A DNA stretch of 63,828 nt, counting the filler, from Octopus bimaculoides (lineage: Eukaryota): assembly GCF_001194135.2 (NCBI RefSeq). It is 5 parts of 5 records of this genome, joined end to end, with 100 filler letters (N's around TTAATTAATTAA, not from the genome) between each part and the next. Parts side by side here need not be neighbours in the genome. Positions count along the whole stretch, not along the records: positions 19,999 to 49,994 come from NC_069002.1; 4 more parts are not named here. One strand, 5' to 3'. The position numbers and the translations under genes are program-made. Below the pieces are notes generated by a model that did no database searches, had not been told where the DNA came from, and worked only from the letters and a program-made list of their open reading frames with translations. This document shows positions 24,352 to 38,400 of the stretch, one piece after another; positions within the stretch are counted from its first letter, which is position 1, and each line of letters begins with the position of its first letter.

Positions 24352-24744
24352 TATACATAGATATATATGTATATATATATGTGTATATATGTATGTGTAT
24401 ATACACATATATGCATATGTATATATATGTGTGTATATATGTGTATATATGTATATATATATATGCATGTATGTATACATATATACATATATATATTCAC
24501 ACACACACACATATATATATATATACATGTATATATACTAATATATATACTTATATATTTATGTTAGTGTTCACTTATACATCAATAGTTAAATATGTAT
24601 GTATGTGTATACATGTATGTATATATCTATACACACACACACAGAGAAATAGACAGGAGGTGAACGGATGAGTGGCAAGCAAGCGAGCTAGGTAACTAGC
24701 TAGCAAGATCGATAGATCGATAGAGAGAGAGAGAGAGATAGGTT

Positions 24745-24802
<58 letters not shown>

Positions 24803-24853
24803 GTGAGAGAGAGAGAGAGATAAACAGAAAGACAGACAGACAGATAGATACAT

Positions 24854-24938
24854 TTCTTTTATTAGCCACACAGGGCTCAACGAAGATGGGACAAATACAA
24901 TGTAGAGCTTTTCTTTTTGGGAGGGGGGGAGGAAGGAA
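24854..24938 (-). mobile_element. Repeat family F 3' end running into a gap
   Basis: Sense tttgtcccatcttcgttgagccctgtgtggctaataaaagaaat aligns with 51915-51958. Confidence 0.55.
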
Positions 24939-26296
24939 NNNNNNNNNNNNNNNNNNNNNNNNNNNNNNNNNNNNNNNNNNNNNNNNNNNNNNNNNNNNNN
25001 NNNNNNNNNNNNNNNNNNNNNNNNNNNNNNNNNNNNNNNNNNNNNNNNNNNNNNNNNNNNNNNNNNNNNNNNNNNNNNNNNNNNNNNNNNNNNNNNNNNN
25101 NNNNNNNNNNNNNNNNNNNNNNNNNNNNNNNNNNNNNNNNNNNNNNNNNNNNNNNNNNNNNNNNNNNNNNNNNNNNNNNNNNNNNNNNNNNNNNNNNNNN
25201 NNNNNNNNNNNNNNNNNNNNNNNNNNNNNNNNNNNNNNNNNNNNNNNNNNNNNNNNNNNNNNNNNNNNNNNNNNNNNNNNNNNNNNNNNNNNNNNNNNNN
25301 NNNNNNNNNNNNNNNNNNNNNNNNNNNNNNNNNNNNNNNNNNNNNNNNNNNNNNNNNNNNNNNNNNNNNNNNNNNNNNNNNNNNNNNNNNNNNNNNNNNN
25401 NNNNNNNNNNNNNNNNNNNNNNNNNNNNNNNNNNNNNNNNNNNNNNNNNNNNNNNNNNNNNNNNNNNNNNNNNNNNNNNNNNNNNNNNNNNNNNNNNNNN
25501 NNNNNNNNNNNNNNNNNNNNNNNNNNNNNNNNNNNNNNNNNNNNNNNNNNNNNNNNNNNNNNNNNNNNNNNNNNNNNNNNNNNNNNNNNNNNNNNNNNNN
25601 NNNNNNNNNNNNNNNNNNNNNNNNNNNNNNNNNNNNNNNNNNNNNNNNNNNNNNNNNNNNNNNNNNNNNNNNNNNNNNNNNNNNNNNNNNNNNNNNNNNN
25701 NNNNNNNNNNNNNNNNNNNNNNNNNNNNNNNNNNNNNNNNNNNNNNNNNNNNNNNNNNNNNNNNNNNNNNNNNNNNNNNNNNNNNNNNNNNNNNNNNNNN
25801 NNNNNNNNNNNNNNNNNNNNNNNNNNNNNATATATACATGAATATATATATGCACACACATATATATATATACACATACATACACATACACACACATATA
25901 TGTATGTATATATGCATGTATGATCGTTATATATTCATCTCTGAAGCTATGAGTTTGAGCGCTTATGTACATCATTGCAACAAAGTAAATATATGTATGC
26001 GAGTGTGTGTGTATTTGTGTGTGTAAGTGTGTATGTAGATGAACACATACACACACATACATACATACATGCATGCGTACATACGTACGTACATACACAC
26101 ATATACACATGCTAGATATGAATACATGTTTACGCTCACAAAATAAGTGAGTTACCATCGTTATTTCGTTATTTACATCTTTGATTATAACGTTTTGACA
26201 GCAGCCCCTCCGCCATTTTATTTATTATTACTATTATTAATTCCAACCTCCAACATCACCACCTTTATTATTATTATCATCATGATTATTATTATC

Positions 26297-26362
<66 letters not shown>

Positions 26363-27363
26363 ATCACGATCATCTTCTGTTGTTGAAGTCGGTGTTGTTT
26401 CGTCTGATCGACGTTACTGTCATGAAGTCTGTATGTGTTGACTCCATCACTAACTGCATCGACTGCGCCGACTCTCCCTCATGGCTACGACCATTGTAAC
26501 CAATTCTTAGCTTTTAACCGACAATTATGTCTTGCATTCATTGAAGACAATTTATCAAACCTTGAAAACACATACTGAACTGCCAAAAGTGGTACTTAAT
26601 GATCGGTTATATGGAAAAACAGGAATAATATTCAGATATAGGGCGGTGTCTATGTGTATATATGTAGGNNNNNNNNNNNNNNNNNNNNNNNNNNNNNNNN
26701 NNNNNNNNNNNNNNNNNNNNNNNNNNNNNNNNNNNNNNNNNNNNNNNNNNNNNNNNNNNNNNNNNNNNNNNNNNNNNNNNNNNNNNNNNNNNNNNNNNNN
26801 NNNNNNNNNNNNNNNNNNNNNNNNNNNNNNNNNNNNNNNNNNNNNNNNNNNNNNNNNNNNNNNNNNNNNNNNNNNNNNNNNNNNNNNNNNNNNNNNNNNN
26901 NNNNNNNNNNNNNNNNNNNNNNNNNNNNNNNNNNNNNNNNNNNNNNNNNNNNNNNNNNNNNNNNNNNNNNNNNNNNNNNNNNNNNNNNNNNNNNNNNNNN
27001 NNNNNNNNNNNNNNNNNNNNNNNNNNNNNNNNNNNNNNNNNNNNNNNNNNNNNNNNNNNNNNNNNNNNNNNNNNNNNNNNNNNNNNNNNNNNNNNNNNNN
27101 NNNNNNNNNNNNNNNNNNNNNNNNNNNNNNNNNNNNNNNNNNNNNNNNNNNNNNNNNNNNNNNNNNNNNNNNNNNNNNNNNNNNNNNNNNNNNNNNNNNN
27201 NNNNNNNNNNNNNNNNNNNNNNNNNNNNNNNNNNNNNNNNNNNNNNNNNNNNNNNNNNNNNNNNNNNNNNNNNNNNNNNNNNNNNNNNNNNNNNNNNNNN
27301 NNNNNNNNNNNNNNNNNNNNNNNNNNNNNNNNNNNNNNNNNNNNNNNNNNNNNNNNNNNNNNN

Positions 27364-27397
<34 letters not shown>

Positions 27398-28005
27398 GTA
27401 TATATACATATACACAAGCATGCATGCAATATATATATATATATATGCACGTATGTATATGTAGATGCGGATATGTGAATACATGCACGTATATGTAGGT
27501 GCGTACGTACATATGAATATATGTACACACATATATATGCATGCATAGACACATACACACAGACGGATACGGACATAAATTGGTACAGAGAAGTAGTTAA
27601 AGATACAGAGAGAAAGAGAGAAAGAGAAAAGGAGAGAGAGAGAGAGTTACATATATTTTAACCTATTCACTAGGCAGGGCTATGTACAAATGTCTCAAGG
27701 AGACGCTATGTGCATGTGCGTATGGACATATGTGTGCATGGGCGTCTATGGGTGCATACACATACACACAAAGACTCACACACACATATATATGTATATA
27801 TATAGCTATGTATGTGTGAGAACGTGGCTGTGTGTTTGTTGTACACTAAGATATATTTCAGTTACTGTTGCTATTAAACACATCATTGGCGATGAGTTAT
27901 TCAATGAATGTTAATCTAAAATAATATACACATTGTATGAACACACATATACACATATATGTATATACATATGCTTATAAAGACATACATAATCATACAT
28001 TTACT

Positions 28006-28036
<31 letters not shown>

Positions 28037-28069
28037 GTATATGTATATGTATGTATGTGCGTATATATA

Positions 28070-28111
<42 letters not shown>

Positions 28112-28671
28112 TATTTGTATACGTGGTTATATATTCCTTTGTGTGAACGTTTGCGCATGCGTATGTGTGTATATTTAAATCTAAACGAAGACAGCCAATA
28201 AGCATGCAATGCTTTGATTTCTGATATATCTGGAGACAGTATTTATTTCTTTAAAAACTTTCCTAATAAATTCTCTTTGGTCTTCAGCACGTCTATAAAA
28301 TTTGCTTGGTTCAGCTGCTTATATACATACATATATATATATATATATATACATACATATGTGTGTGCCTGGGTGTGTCTGGGTGTGTCTGTGTGCGTCT
28401 GTGGCTGTGCGTGTGTGAATGTTGTGCGTTTCTATAACCAAATACTTGTACACACACACGGACACACGGACACACGTGCACACAGACACTGATATATATA
28501 AATAGATATAGATTGTATACTAAAAGATATGCACATAGTCACCTATATGCGTATATAGATTCATATTTTCAGATCTATATATATTTGAATAAGTACGTGA
28601 GTACGCACGTACACCCATATAAATCTATATACATATACATATATGTATATACACAGATATATATATATATA

Positions 28672-28709
<38 letters not shown>

Positions 28710-29157
28710 TGTGCGCCTTTGTCTGTTTATACAGGTGTATTGCATCGAGACACGCATGAACCTCTCAAGGCACACCATAACTCGTGTGATCGAGGCATAG
28801 ATTCTGAAAGTGCTCTACAACTATAATTAGAAAATACTTGAGGCTATGTCCAATGTCTATACGAAATAAAGATACGAAAGCTATGAATCTTGAATATTCC
28901 CATATAAACAAAACTATATTCGATATACTTTATGCATCTGAGTTTGGTGCATGTGTGTGTGTGTGTGGGTGTGTGTGTGTGGGCGTGTAGATAGAGAAAC
29001 AGATTCATACATAACGACACGATGCAAGTTTCGTATTCTATATGTTTAAGCTTGATTTTCCTATTATTTCTATTTTAATATTTGCCTCTTCACATTTTTC
29101 CATCGAATTGGTTCCAGAGAGAAATCATATTAAGTATATATACATATACATATACAC

Positions 29158-29188
<31 letters not shown>

Positions 29189-29236
29189 CATGTATACACA
29201 CACACAAACATACACACATATATGTATTTATATAAC

Positions 29237-29630
29237 ATTTTAAATAAGCAGAAAATGGAGAAGACCTCTGATCAACAAACAAATTGACCAACATCGGTTA
29301 ATTATTTTTTAATACAAAACTCCACATTACGGCCGTTTCGGCTGCTAATATCATCTCGAGGTCCAGTTCTTTCCTCTTTCCTCTTCCCTTCTTTTATTTT
29401 ATGCATTTGTATTCACTCTGATGAAGATCCATGTACCAGATGGAATATATGATAAAGATGACGAATATTATTTTCGGAATTTTCTTTGTAGGCACCGACT
29501 GACATTGGCAGCCGAAACGGCCGTATATCTCTAGCGATGTTAACTTTGTATTAAAAAATAATTAACCGATGCTGGCCAATTTTCTCGTTTGTTGATCATA
29601 TGTTTTCTCCATTTTGTGCTCATTTAAAAT
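29237..29630. mobile_element. Foldback element with ~113/127-bp inverted arms (Penelope-like pLTR pair or MITE)
   Basis: 29237-29349 aligns with the reverse complement of 29504-29630 with two indels. Both arms carry cagccgaaacggccgta. Confidence 0.75.
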
Positions 29631-29869
29631 TTGACTTCTGATAAACTCTTGTTTATTCAATTATTACCTGTACCCTTTAAGCATAGTGTGCTTGCATACT
29701 CATGCCCGGGGTTAACATAAGCAATTGATACCGGTAGTAAAAACGGATATTATTATCTCTTGGATGGTGATTCCAACCGCTAATTGTGCTTACCTTTATA
29801 TANNNNNNNNNNNNNNNNNNNNNNNNNNNNNNNNNNNNNNNNNNNNNNNNNNNNNNNNNNNNNNNNNNN

Positions 29870-29907
<38 letters not shown>

Positions 29908-30901
29908 ACAACATAACGTATACTGAGTGCAAGACCGAACGGGAGACAGACGCAGAAGGTCCCTAATTCTTCATCAGTTATCAACCAAATAGTACAACTC
30001 AGTTTCGCACCATTAATGATAAGAATGAGAACTTCCCATGCACAAAAGTTGCAGAGAGTATAGTGCCAAGTGCAAAAAATGCAATACAGTGGACATACGA
30101 AAGTGAAGAAATATAATTTAAGACTATATGTATACACACATCTATTTAAATGCATATACAAAAATGTTAATATATAAGTATCTATATACCTATATACCTA
30201 TATATTATATATGCAATACCAAGCAATCCTGGTCGCCTACCGTGATATATAAAAAGGACATGTTTCAGTTTATCGTACTTCGATACGAAAAGATCTACGA
30301 ACTTCCGTCTCAGTAAACAACCATGAAAGTTTTTTTTTTATATTTACAGCGGATTGCTTGAGGCTAACTTTCTTCCTACACCTCGATCCTTAGATCTTAT
30401 ATCCATATATAATATATTATATATATATGCGTATGCATACACACACACACACACACACACACACTTATATATACAGGCATATGCATCCATACACAAGTAT
30501 GACCGAATGTATTTATACATGTATGCAAATCTGAAAAACTATGATAATGCAAATTTGTATAATAGGTTTATACTTTTGCGTATATGTGTATGCGCATGTT
30601 TGTGTGTGTATGCGCGCACGTGTGTGTGTGTGTGTGCGTGCGTGCGCGCGCGTATCTGTGTGTATAGATAAACATCTGATAACATCACGAAGGCAGATAA
30701 TGTTTCCTCATGCATCTCTTTGACATCTGAAGTAAATTATCTTCTGCTCTCCAAGACTCACATTCTTCGACCATTCTTCAACTAACATTCCATTTTGTCG
30801 TGCGTGCGCATGCGTTACTTTCGAGATAAACACATCATACTGGAAGATGTGTGGGCTTATCACTAATTGTGCGCACGTGTGTTTGTGTGTAGATTTGAGC
30901 C

Positions 30902-30957
<56 letters not shown>

Positions 30958-31197
30958 TGTGTGTGTGTATGTCTATGTGTTTTGTGTAAGTATGCGTATG
31001 CATGTATGTTTACATGCAAGTTTGATAACATCAAATATTCATACATGTATATATAGATAGATAGATAGAAAGATACATAGATACATATACATATGCTTAT
31101 ATATATATATATATATATATGTATATGTATATGTATATATCTACATATATACATATATATGTGTGTTTATGCGTATTGAGCTATATTCTTATATTTG

Positions 31198-31230
<33 letters not shown>

Positions 31231-31289
31231 CGTCTGTTTATCAATCGCTGACCTCATCTTATTTATTTTGGGTGCGCAACCAAAACGTA

Positions 31290-31890
31290 CACACCTCTAT
31301 GTTTTGATGTTGTACAGGAATGGTAGGGAAATCTGAAGACAGGAACACTGACGCCTTGGAAATTTTCAGCAATAATTTTATGAATATCTTCAAAGACTTT
31401 GGCCTAGCTATAAATGTTACCACTAATTTATCAAAGAGTGACTTCCTTACGTAACCCTAGACTTCATGACAGGTAAGTTCTATCCCTACTGAAAATTAAG
31501 TGAGGAAACTGATAATGTATGTCCATTGAAACCTCAACCAGCCGCAGGTGTAATTGGAATCATCGTCACAGATATCAACGGAAGAATCTCTGGGCTATCG
31601 GCGTATAGCGATTTCTGTAATAAGACTACATTTCATCGTAACGAGACATTAACGAGAACTAGCTTTACTGATAAGTTAGTGTCCATAGAGAAATCATCTC
31701 AAGATTAAAGAGAGTTAGAAACAGAACGTTAACCTTGTTTGATCCATTATTCAATGAAGATGCTTCTGCTCATATGTCTTGGACGGTAATTATACGGCAT
31801 TTCCAAAGAATTTATAGATATTATAAAAGCTTTGATACCCTTAATGTCAATGTTAACTACATGTGTCTAAAAAATATCGCTCTCAGCATT
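31290..31890 (+). mobile_element. Penelope-like element RT C-terminal/linker remnant
   Basis: Frameshifted FKDFGLAINVTTNLSKSDFL..TLDFMTGKFYPY, DINGRISGLS, RNRTLTLFDPLFN and FDTLNVNVNYMCLKNI resemble the PLE motifs GLxITxxxN..VxFLDVTLDL, INxRISxLS, RNIIWFNPP and FNxNTVKVSYSCMxNI. Confidence 0.75.
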
Positions 31891-31909
31891 GCAGATGCAA
31901 AGACGGACC

Positions 31910-32830
31910 CATAATGACTTCTCCCAGTCTCCAACTTGTAACTGATTTTTTATCGACCACCCAGTCCTTGGGGATATAGGCACAGACCTTCAGATCCCTG
32001 ATGTTGTCGCCAAAATGTATTTTCGCTGTGTGACCATCGTCCCGAACATTCATTCCGCTCCCACGTCTTTCTAACCTGAAACATTCGTTCTGCGGTTTGC
32101 CCGAAATGATCCATGGTGCTTAGTTTCTGAGAGTCATCTCGATCTTCTTCAGTCGCTTGTTTCATCTACAAAGAAGATCCACAAACGTTACTGGCTAGAC
32201 AAGGGTCTTTAGACGTCTGTCGTCGATGCTTTTCATGAGGGTACAATCTCACAATATTTTTTACAGCAACATCAGGGTTGACCTCCATGCACTCGGTCTT
32301 GCACTGATTTCCTAGCTGCAGTCTTTTTTTCTGATCAACAACGTACACAAGATACTTAAACTTGTTAACCTTAGTTTACCTGGACCCTTGCTATCATATT
32401 ATAAGCTTTCTGTTCTGAGACCCTACTGACGACTACCGTCTTACTCAACTCTCAACTCCCGTTGCAATCCATCAAAAACTTCATCTACTTTTACATTCAG
32501 TTTCTGGAGATCAGTCGGCTAGGTAATAAGCAGCAGTATCTCATCAGCATAATGAAGGGTTACTCAACCACCAGTCGATCTTACATACGGCGGTCAAGCC
32601 AAGACCAGTAGCAGACATCCGTTTCACCTTCTCAAATTAAAAACTACAGAGCAGGGAAGTGAAACTAAACACGCTTGCCAAAATTCTCACCTGATGCTAA
32701 GCCAGGCTGTAGGCTTGAGTTCCATTCTATCAGCCACTTGCCAAGCAGTATATAGTCCCTGCAGTTAGTGGCCCGGTGAACCCTTGATCCCCATCATCTA
32801 CAACACAATCTGTAATGGAGAAGGTTGAAT
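31910..32830 (-). mobile_element. Old RTE/CR1-like LINE RT remnant
   Basis: Minus frames give TLHYADEILLL (YADD-like) and, about 60 codons later, VNKFKYL (RT domain 7). Heavily decayed. Confidence 0.65.
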
Positions 32831-32899
32831 AAATATATGCGCATGTTTGTCTGTGTGAACGTATGTGTTTTTACTTCTATCTGTGAGTATCTACATAGC

Positions 32900-32940
<41 letters not shown>

Positions 32941-32960
32941 ATACATACATATGTGTACAT

Positions 32961-33118
32961 AAGGTAAGCTAGTAGAATTGCTACTGCGTCGACGACACGC
33001 TCAGTAGCGTATCTTACAGTTCTTTACGTTCTGAATTCAAATACCACCGAGGTCGACGTTACCTTTTATCCTTCCAGGATCGATAAAGTAGAATATCACT
33101 CATTTGCTGCGGTCGAAG
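32961..33118 (+). mobile_element. SINE family C, diverged
   Basis: ctttacgttctgaattcaaataccaccgaggtcgacgttaccttttatccttccaggatcgataaa. Confidence 0.8.
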
Positions 33119-33344
33119 TCCGCGACTTGCACCTGAAACATGCTGGCTCCGCGACCCTACAACGCACTACCGTTTCGTTTAGGAAGGAATGTTGGGATTT
33201 CGGTCGACTAACACTGTATGGGAACAGGGTTAACCAGCCTTACGGATCCATGAACTCAAGTAATTTACGTACATACGCACAGACAGACATACATACGGAC
33301 AAACAGACAGAAGACAGAGAAACAGACAGACAGACACAGACAGG

Positions 33345-33386
33345 ATGGATAGATAGATAAATAAATAGATAGACATATACATAAAT

Positions 33387-33453
<67 letters not shown>

Positions 33454-33509
33454 CATATAGAGAAAGACAAAGAGACACAGATAGATAAATAGATAGATAG
33501 ATAGTTAGG

Positions 33510-33597
<88 letters not shown>

Positions 33598-33600
33598 CAG
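33345..33600. repeat. (GATA)n microsatellite, interrupted
   Basis: Read directly. Confidence 0.95.
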
Positions 33601-34979
33601 GCAGTCAGACAGACATGCTATCGATCAATGCTTATCAAGAAGGCTTTCATAGAGATGCCAATAAAGTTCAGCTTTTCAAGAAAAACATATTCAGAGTAGA
33701 GTGCAAACTACTCAACCGAAATTGCCCCAGGGACGGACCACATGGGTAAATCTTCCTCTGCCATTCTCATCTTCGAGGCAATTCCCTTTGAAACCATTCT
33801 GCCACTTCAAGTAAAATAACAATATTGATTTATTGGCATAACCACAAAACATGTAATAACGACTTATATAGTTGTGTACATGTACAACCTCTTGTTACGT
33901 CGATATGTGTGTGTGTGTGTGAGTCTGTGTGAGTGAGTATGCATGTATGTATACGTATGTATGTATATATATATATATATATATATTATAATAGATAGAT
34001 ACACAGACAGACAAATTTGCGGATAAAAATATATATGCATTTGCATATACAGGATATGAATATCAATATACATAGTGTGAATATGTACACACATATATAC
34101 ACACGTATAAATTTATATATGAATTTATATTTATATGTATATGTATATATATATATATNNNNNNNNNNNNNNNNNNNNNNNNNNNNNNNNNNNNNNNNNN
34201 NNNNNNNNNNNNNNNNNNNNNNNNNNNNNNNNNNNNNNNNNNNNNNNNNNNNNNNNNNNNNNNNNNNNNNNNNNNNNNNNNNNNNNNNNNNNNNNNNNNN
34301 NNNNNNNNNNNNNNNNNNNNNNNNNNNNNNNNNNNNNNNNNNNNNNNNNNNNNNNNNNNNNNNNNNNNNNNNNNNNNNNNNNNNNNNNNNNNNNNNNNNN
34401 NNNNNNNNNNNNNNNNNNNNNNNNNNNNNNNNNNNNNNNNNNNNNNNNNNNNNNNNNNNNNNNNNNNNNNNNNNNNNNNNNNNNNNNNNNNNNNNNNNNN
34501 NNNNNNNNNNNNNNNNNNNNNNNNNNNNNNNNNNNNNNNNNNNNNNNNNNNNNNNNNNNNNNNNNNNNNNNNNNNNNNNNNNNNNNNNNNNNNNNNNNNN
34601 NNNNNNNNNNNNNNNNNNNNNNNNNNNNNNNNNNNNNNNNNNNNNNNNNNNNNNNNNNNNNNNNNNNNNNNNNNNNNNNNNNNNNNNNNNNNNNNNNNNN
34701 NNNNNNNNNNNNNNNNNNNNNNNNNNNNNNNNNNNNNNNNNNNNNNNNNNNNNNNNNNNNNNNNNNNNNNNNNNNNNNNNNNNNNNNNNNNNNNNNNNNN
34801 NNNNNNNNNNNNNNNNNNNNNNNNNNNNNNNNNNNNNNNNNNNNNNNNNNNNNNNNNNNNNNNNNNNNNNNNNNNNNNNNNNNNNNNNNNNNNNNNNNNN
34901 NNNNNNNNNNNNNNNNNNNNNNNNNNNNNNNNNNNNNNNNNNNNNNNNNNNNNNNNNNNNNNNNNNNNNNNNNNNNNNN

Positions 34980-35074
<95 letters not shown>

Positions 35075-35430
35075 GTATGTATGTATGTATGTCTATGATA
35101 TTGCGTTAGAGGCTCTTGTCTACATTTACGTGGTATTGTGTTTTGCTGTTGTTTATTTGCGTATAGTCACATAAAAGTCATGTCTCTTGAGAGAGATCTG
35201 CATACGCGTGAAAACGTGTTCGTACACAGAAACGGGTGTGCTTGTGTATATCTCCATGTGTATGTATGTATGTATGTGTGAGTGTGAGAGAGAGAGAGTA
35301 TGTGAGAGAGAGTGTGTGTGTGTGCTCTATGCATGTGCGTGTATATATTTATTTTAGCATCTATAAATATACGTTGCTTCATAAACTCACGTAAACAAGG
35401 TAGTCTTAATTTGTTCTTTTCTAGAAGCTT

Positions 35431-35481
<51 letters not shown>

Positions 35482-36319
35482 CACACACACACATGGCATT
35501 ATAGTCATAAATTTAAACATTCCTTTATGTTTATATGAAAGTGTTCTTATGTATGAGTATATATATATATATGTATGTATGTATATGTGTATATGTACAT
35601 ATATGTATATATGTATGTGTGTGTATTTCTGTGTGTGTATGAATGTATATGTATAAGTATATATATATATACACTTAAACATATGCACATATACCTACAT
35701 CCACACACACACATACATGTACACATACACACTCAAATAGACATACATAAACGCGTGTACGCATAAACACACGCAACAGGACATGTGGTATAATTTTAAA
35801 TTGAAATTATCTTCACCCGCAAATGAACGCGGACATGTGATTTTCATTTCTGTTATAATATGGCATGATAAGAAGTGAGATAATATTTAGAAGCCTAAAA
35901 TAATATTCCTTGTATGTTTATCACAGTCATGTCTGATCTTGACCTGCAGAAATATTTCTGACCTGCTATTCACCTTTACGCGATTAAATCTCAATTGTGT
36001 GTGGTTCATTGTTCTGTCAACTATTACACTCCGTTCTTCATATATATATTGACAATTTGGGACAACAATCACCACTGTTGTCCACAAAGAAGTTTCCTAC
36101 CGTTAATTCTTGTCTTCTTTTTAACTTCTAAAACCTATTTCCGATGGTTTATTTAGATAAATTTATGCATGTACCTGTTGTGACACAAACTGCACAGATT
36201 GACGCAACACAGTTAGATGCGCAATATCCTATTGATAACAGACAGTCGCAGAATGGGTCGCAAAGATCGTCGTACTGAATAAAGACTAGTGTTAAATCTA
36301 TCTTCCGTTTCCTTCCACA

Positions 36320-36321
<2 letters not shown>

Positions 36322-36399
<78 letters not shown>

Positions 36400-36610
36400 C
36401 TTTGCACAGCCCCCAATGCTGGAGATGTACTACGTTGCCCGCTGTTCACTACCAGTGAACTAAAGCTACACCCCTTATTTTTGGAGCACCTTCCCGTTCC
36501 AAGCAGTGCTGTTTCCTGCAAGTGTTCCACCCTTATTGCAGTCCCTGTGTGTTCCATGTGCTTTTCAAGATTTTTACTCTTTGTTCCCAGGGCTCCGACA
36601 ATTATTCGTA
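36322..36610 (-). mobile_element. R4/Dong-clade 3' end (different subfamily) with (CAA)n(TAA)n tail
   Basis: IIVGALGTKSKNLEKHMEHTGTAIRVEHLQETALLGTGR matches the IVGALG...LQKxALLGTAR terminus. Tail at 36322-36398. Confidence 0.88.
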
Positions 36611-36799
36611 ATGTGCAGCACAGACATTTGATTGCTATAAACAAACCAACTAAGCAACTCGTTGAGCGAGAAATTGCAGAGACCTCATCAGTCATCCACG
36701 ATTTCTAGACGCAATATCTGTCTTAATCCATTATCCAGGTGGATCTTCAATGATCTGTAGAGACAATGTGATTAGAATTTTTGATCGTCTTCAAAGGAA

Positions 36800-37483
36800 A
36801 TATCGTTGTGTGAAAAAACAACAACAAAAACTTGCAGTATGTTTTGTTAATGGGCTGTGAAACGCGTGAATAAATTTACGCCCCAACATTCAGAGAATGT
36901 TGGGAAATTTTAGGTTAGTAATACAGCGGCCTTGTCCTCCTTTGTGAGGTGTGTTGGTTTTCTGAAAGACAGGTTCTGATGTTATTTGGAAACAGAAATA
37001 TACTGTTCATAATTTTCTACACGAGGAAATAATTAGCTGCTGGAGAAAGATCCCTTTTATGTGATCACAATTGGCTATTCGATTTAGCCATTTTCACTGA
37101 TGTAAAGTTGACGAAATGAAACTGCCAGGAAGAACAAGTCAATCACCGGTTAAAAAGAGGAAAACGAAAATACAAACAACATCAGTGCATTCAAGATAAA
37201 AATATAACTGTTCATCTGACAGCTATAAAATAAAAATTTGAACAGTTTTCTGAACGTAAAAGAACCAAAGCGAATGTGCTGAGAATAATGGTAATTTTAG
37301 AAAACATGTTGTAAAGCTCAAATTAATGCGAGATTCATTTCAAAGTCTTTTTTGTGATTTTGCTAAAGAAGAAAGCAACCTGCATAATTGCTTTTACAAA
37401 CCCCATTTTCACTATAAGAACAACAACAACAAATATTATTATTATTTTTTCCTTATTTGAAAAATTTTATTTTTTATTTTTAA

Positions 37484-37550
<67 letters not shown>

Positions 37551-37790
37551 ATTATTATTATTATTATTATTATGAAAATGCCAGGTAGCATACAAATGGA
37601 ACTTATTGCTTTGCAAACAAATTCATTATTGAAAATAAAATTTGATGAGCGTCCCTCAGTTCCCAATTTCATTGATATGATTAATTTCAGACGATCATTA
37701 CATTGTGAACATTCTTTTTTTTTTTCTTTTTTTTTTCCAGAGCTAAAAATAATTTCCCAGAGTTACATGTGTCGCTTCCTGAATGAATAT
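36800..37790 (+). mobile_element. hAT (Charlie/SPIN, GTF2IRD2-like) transposase remnant interrupted by (ATT)n
   Basis: Colinear decayed motifs: YSGLVLLCEVCWFSERQVL (cf. LLYxxEVRWLSRGKVL), NWLFDLAIFTDV (cf. WLxDLAFxxD), SAFKIKI*LF, FTNPIF and QMELIALQTNSLLKIKF (cf. QMELIDLQ...LKxKF). Confidence 0.78.
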
Positions 37791-38400
37791 TTTAATCCAT
37801 GAAAACTGCTGAAAACCAAAAGGAAAAAATTCAAAAAAAAAAACAAAAAAAAACGAGGACGCGATTGATTAATTTAAGTTTGAAGAATTTTCTGCACACT
37901 TCCCAGTAACTAATTGAACTACAAGCATTAAAAGCTCGGTGAAATCAAACGGACTCAAAAGCGACATTAAAGTAAGTAAAATTTACATTTTTTTTTGTTT
38001 GGTCTTTTATTTTGCTTTTAATTTCTTTTCTTTTTTTATATCTCTTTGCCGATTAGATTTATTATGACACGTAAAAATCTACATTAGCAAATATCGTACA
38101 GAACTGTAATGGAACATTTGTTTGGTATACGATGCCTTTAAATTCTGGTTGGAAAAATATCTGATGCATGGAATGAAAAACGGTGTACATAGACTCCTGC
38201 TTCACGCGGTTCCTCAGCCAGATAGAAATAGAAGTCATATATCCCTTTGCCCCTCTGTCAAACAACAATATCCGGCCTGTTATTTTAACATTTGACAGAA
38301 GTTTTGATGGGAATGTTCCGCCGGTATTCTTTGAGTTGGTATTTATGAATGTATTCCATAACTGGGATTTTTTTAAGGTTTGTATGTATATATGTATGTA

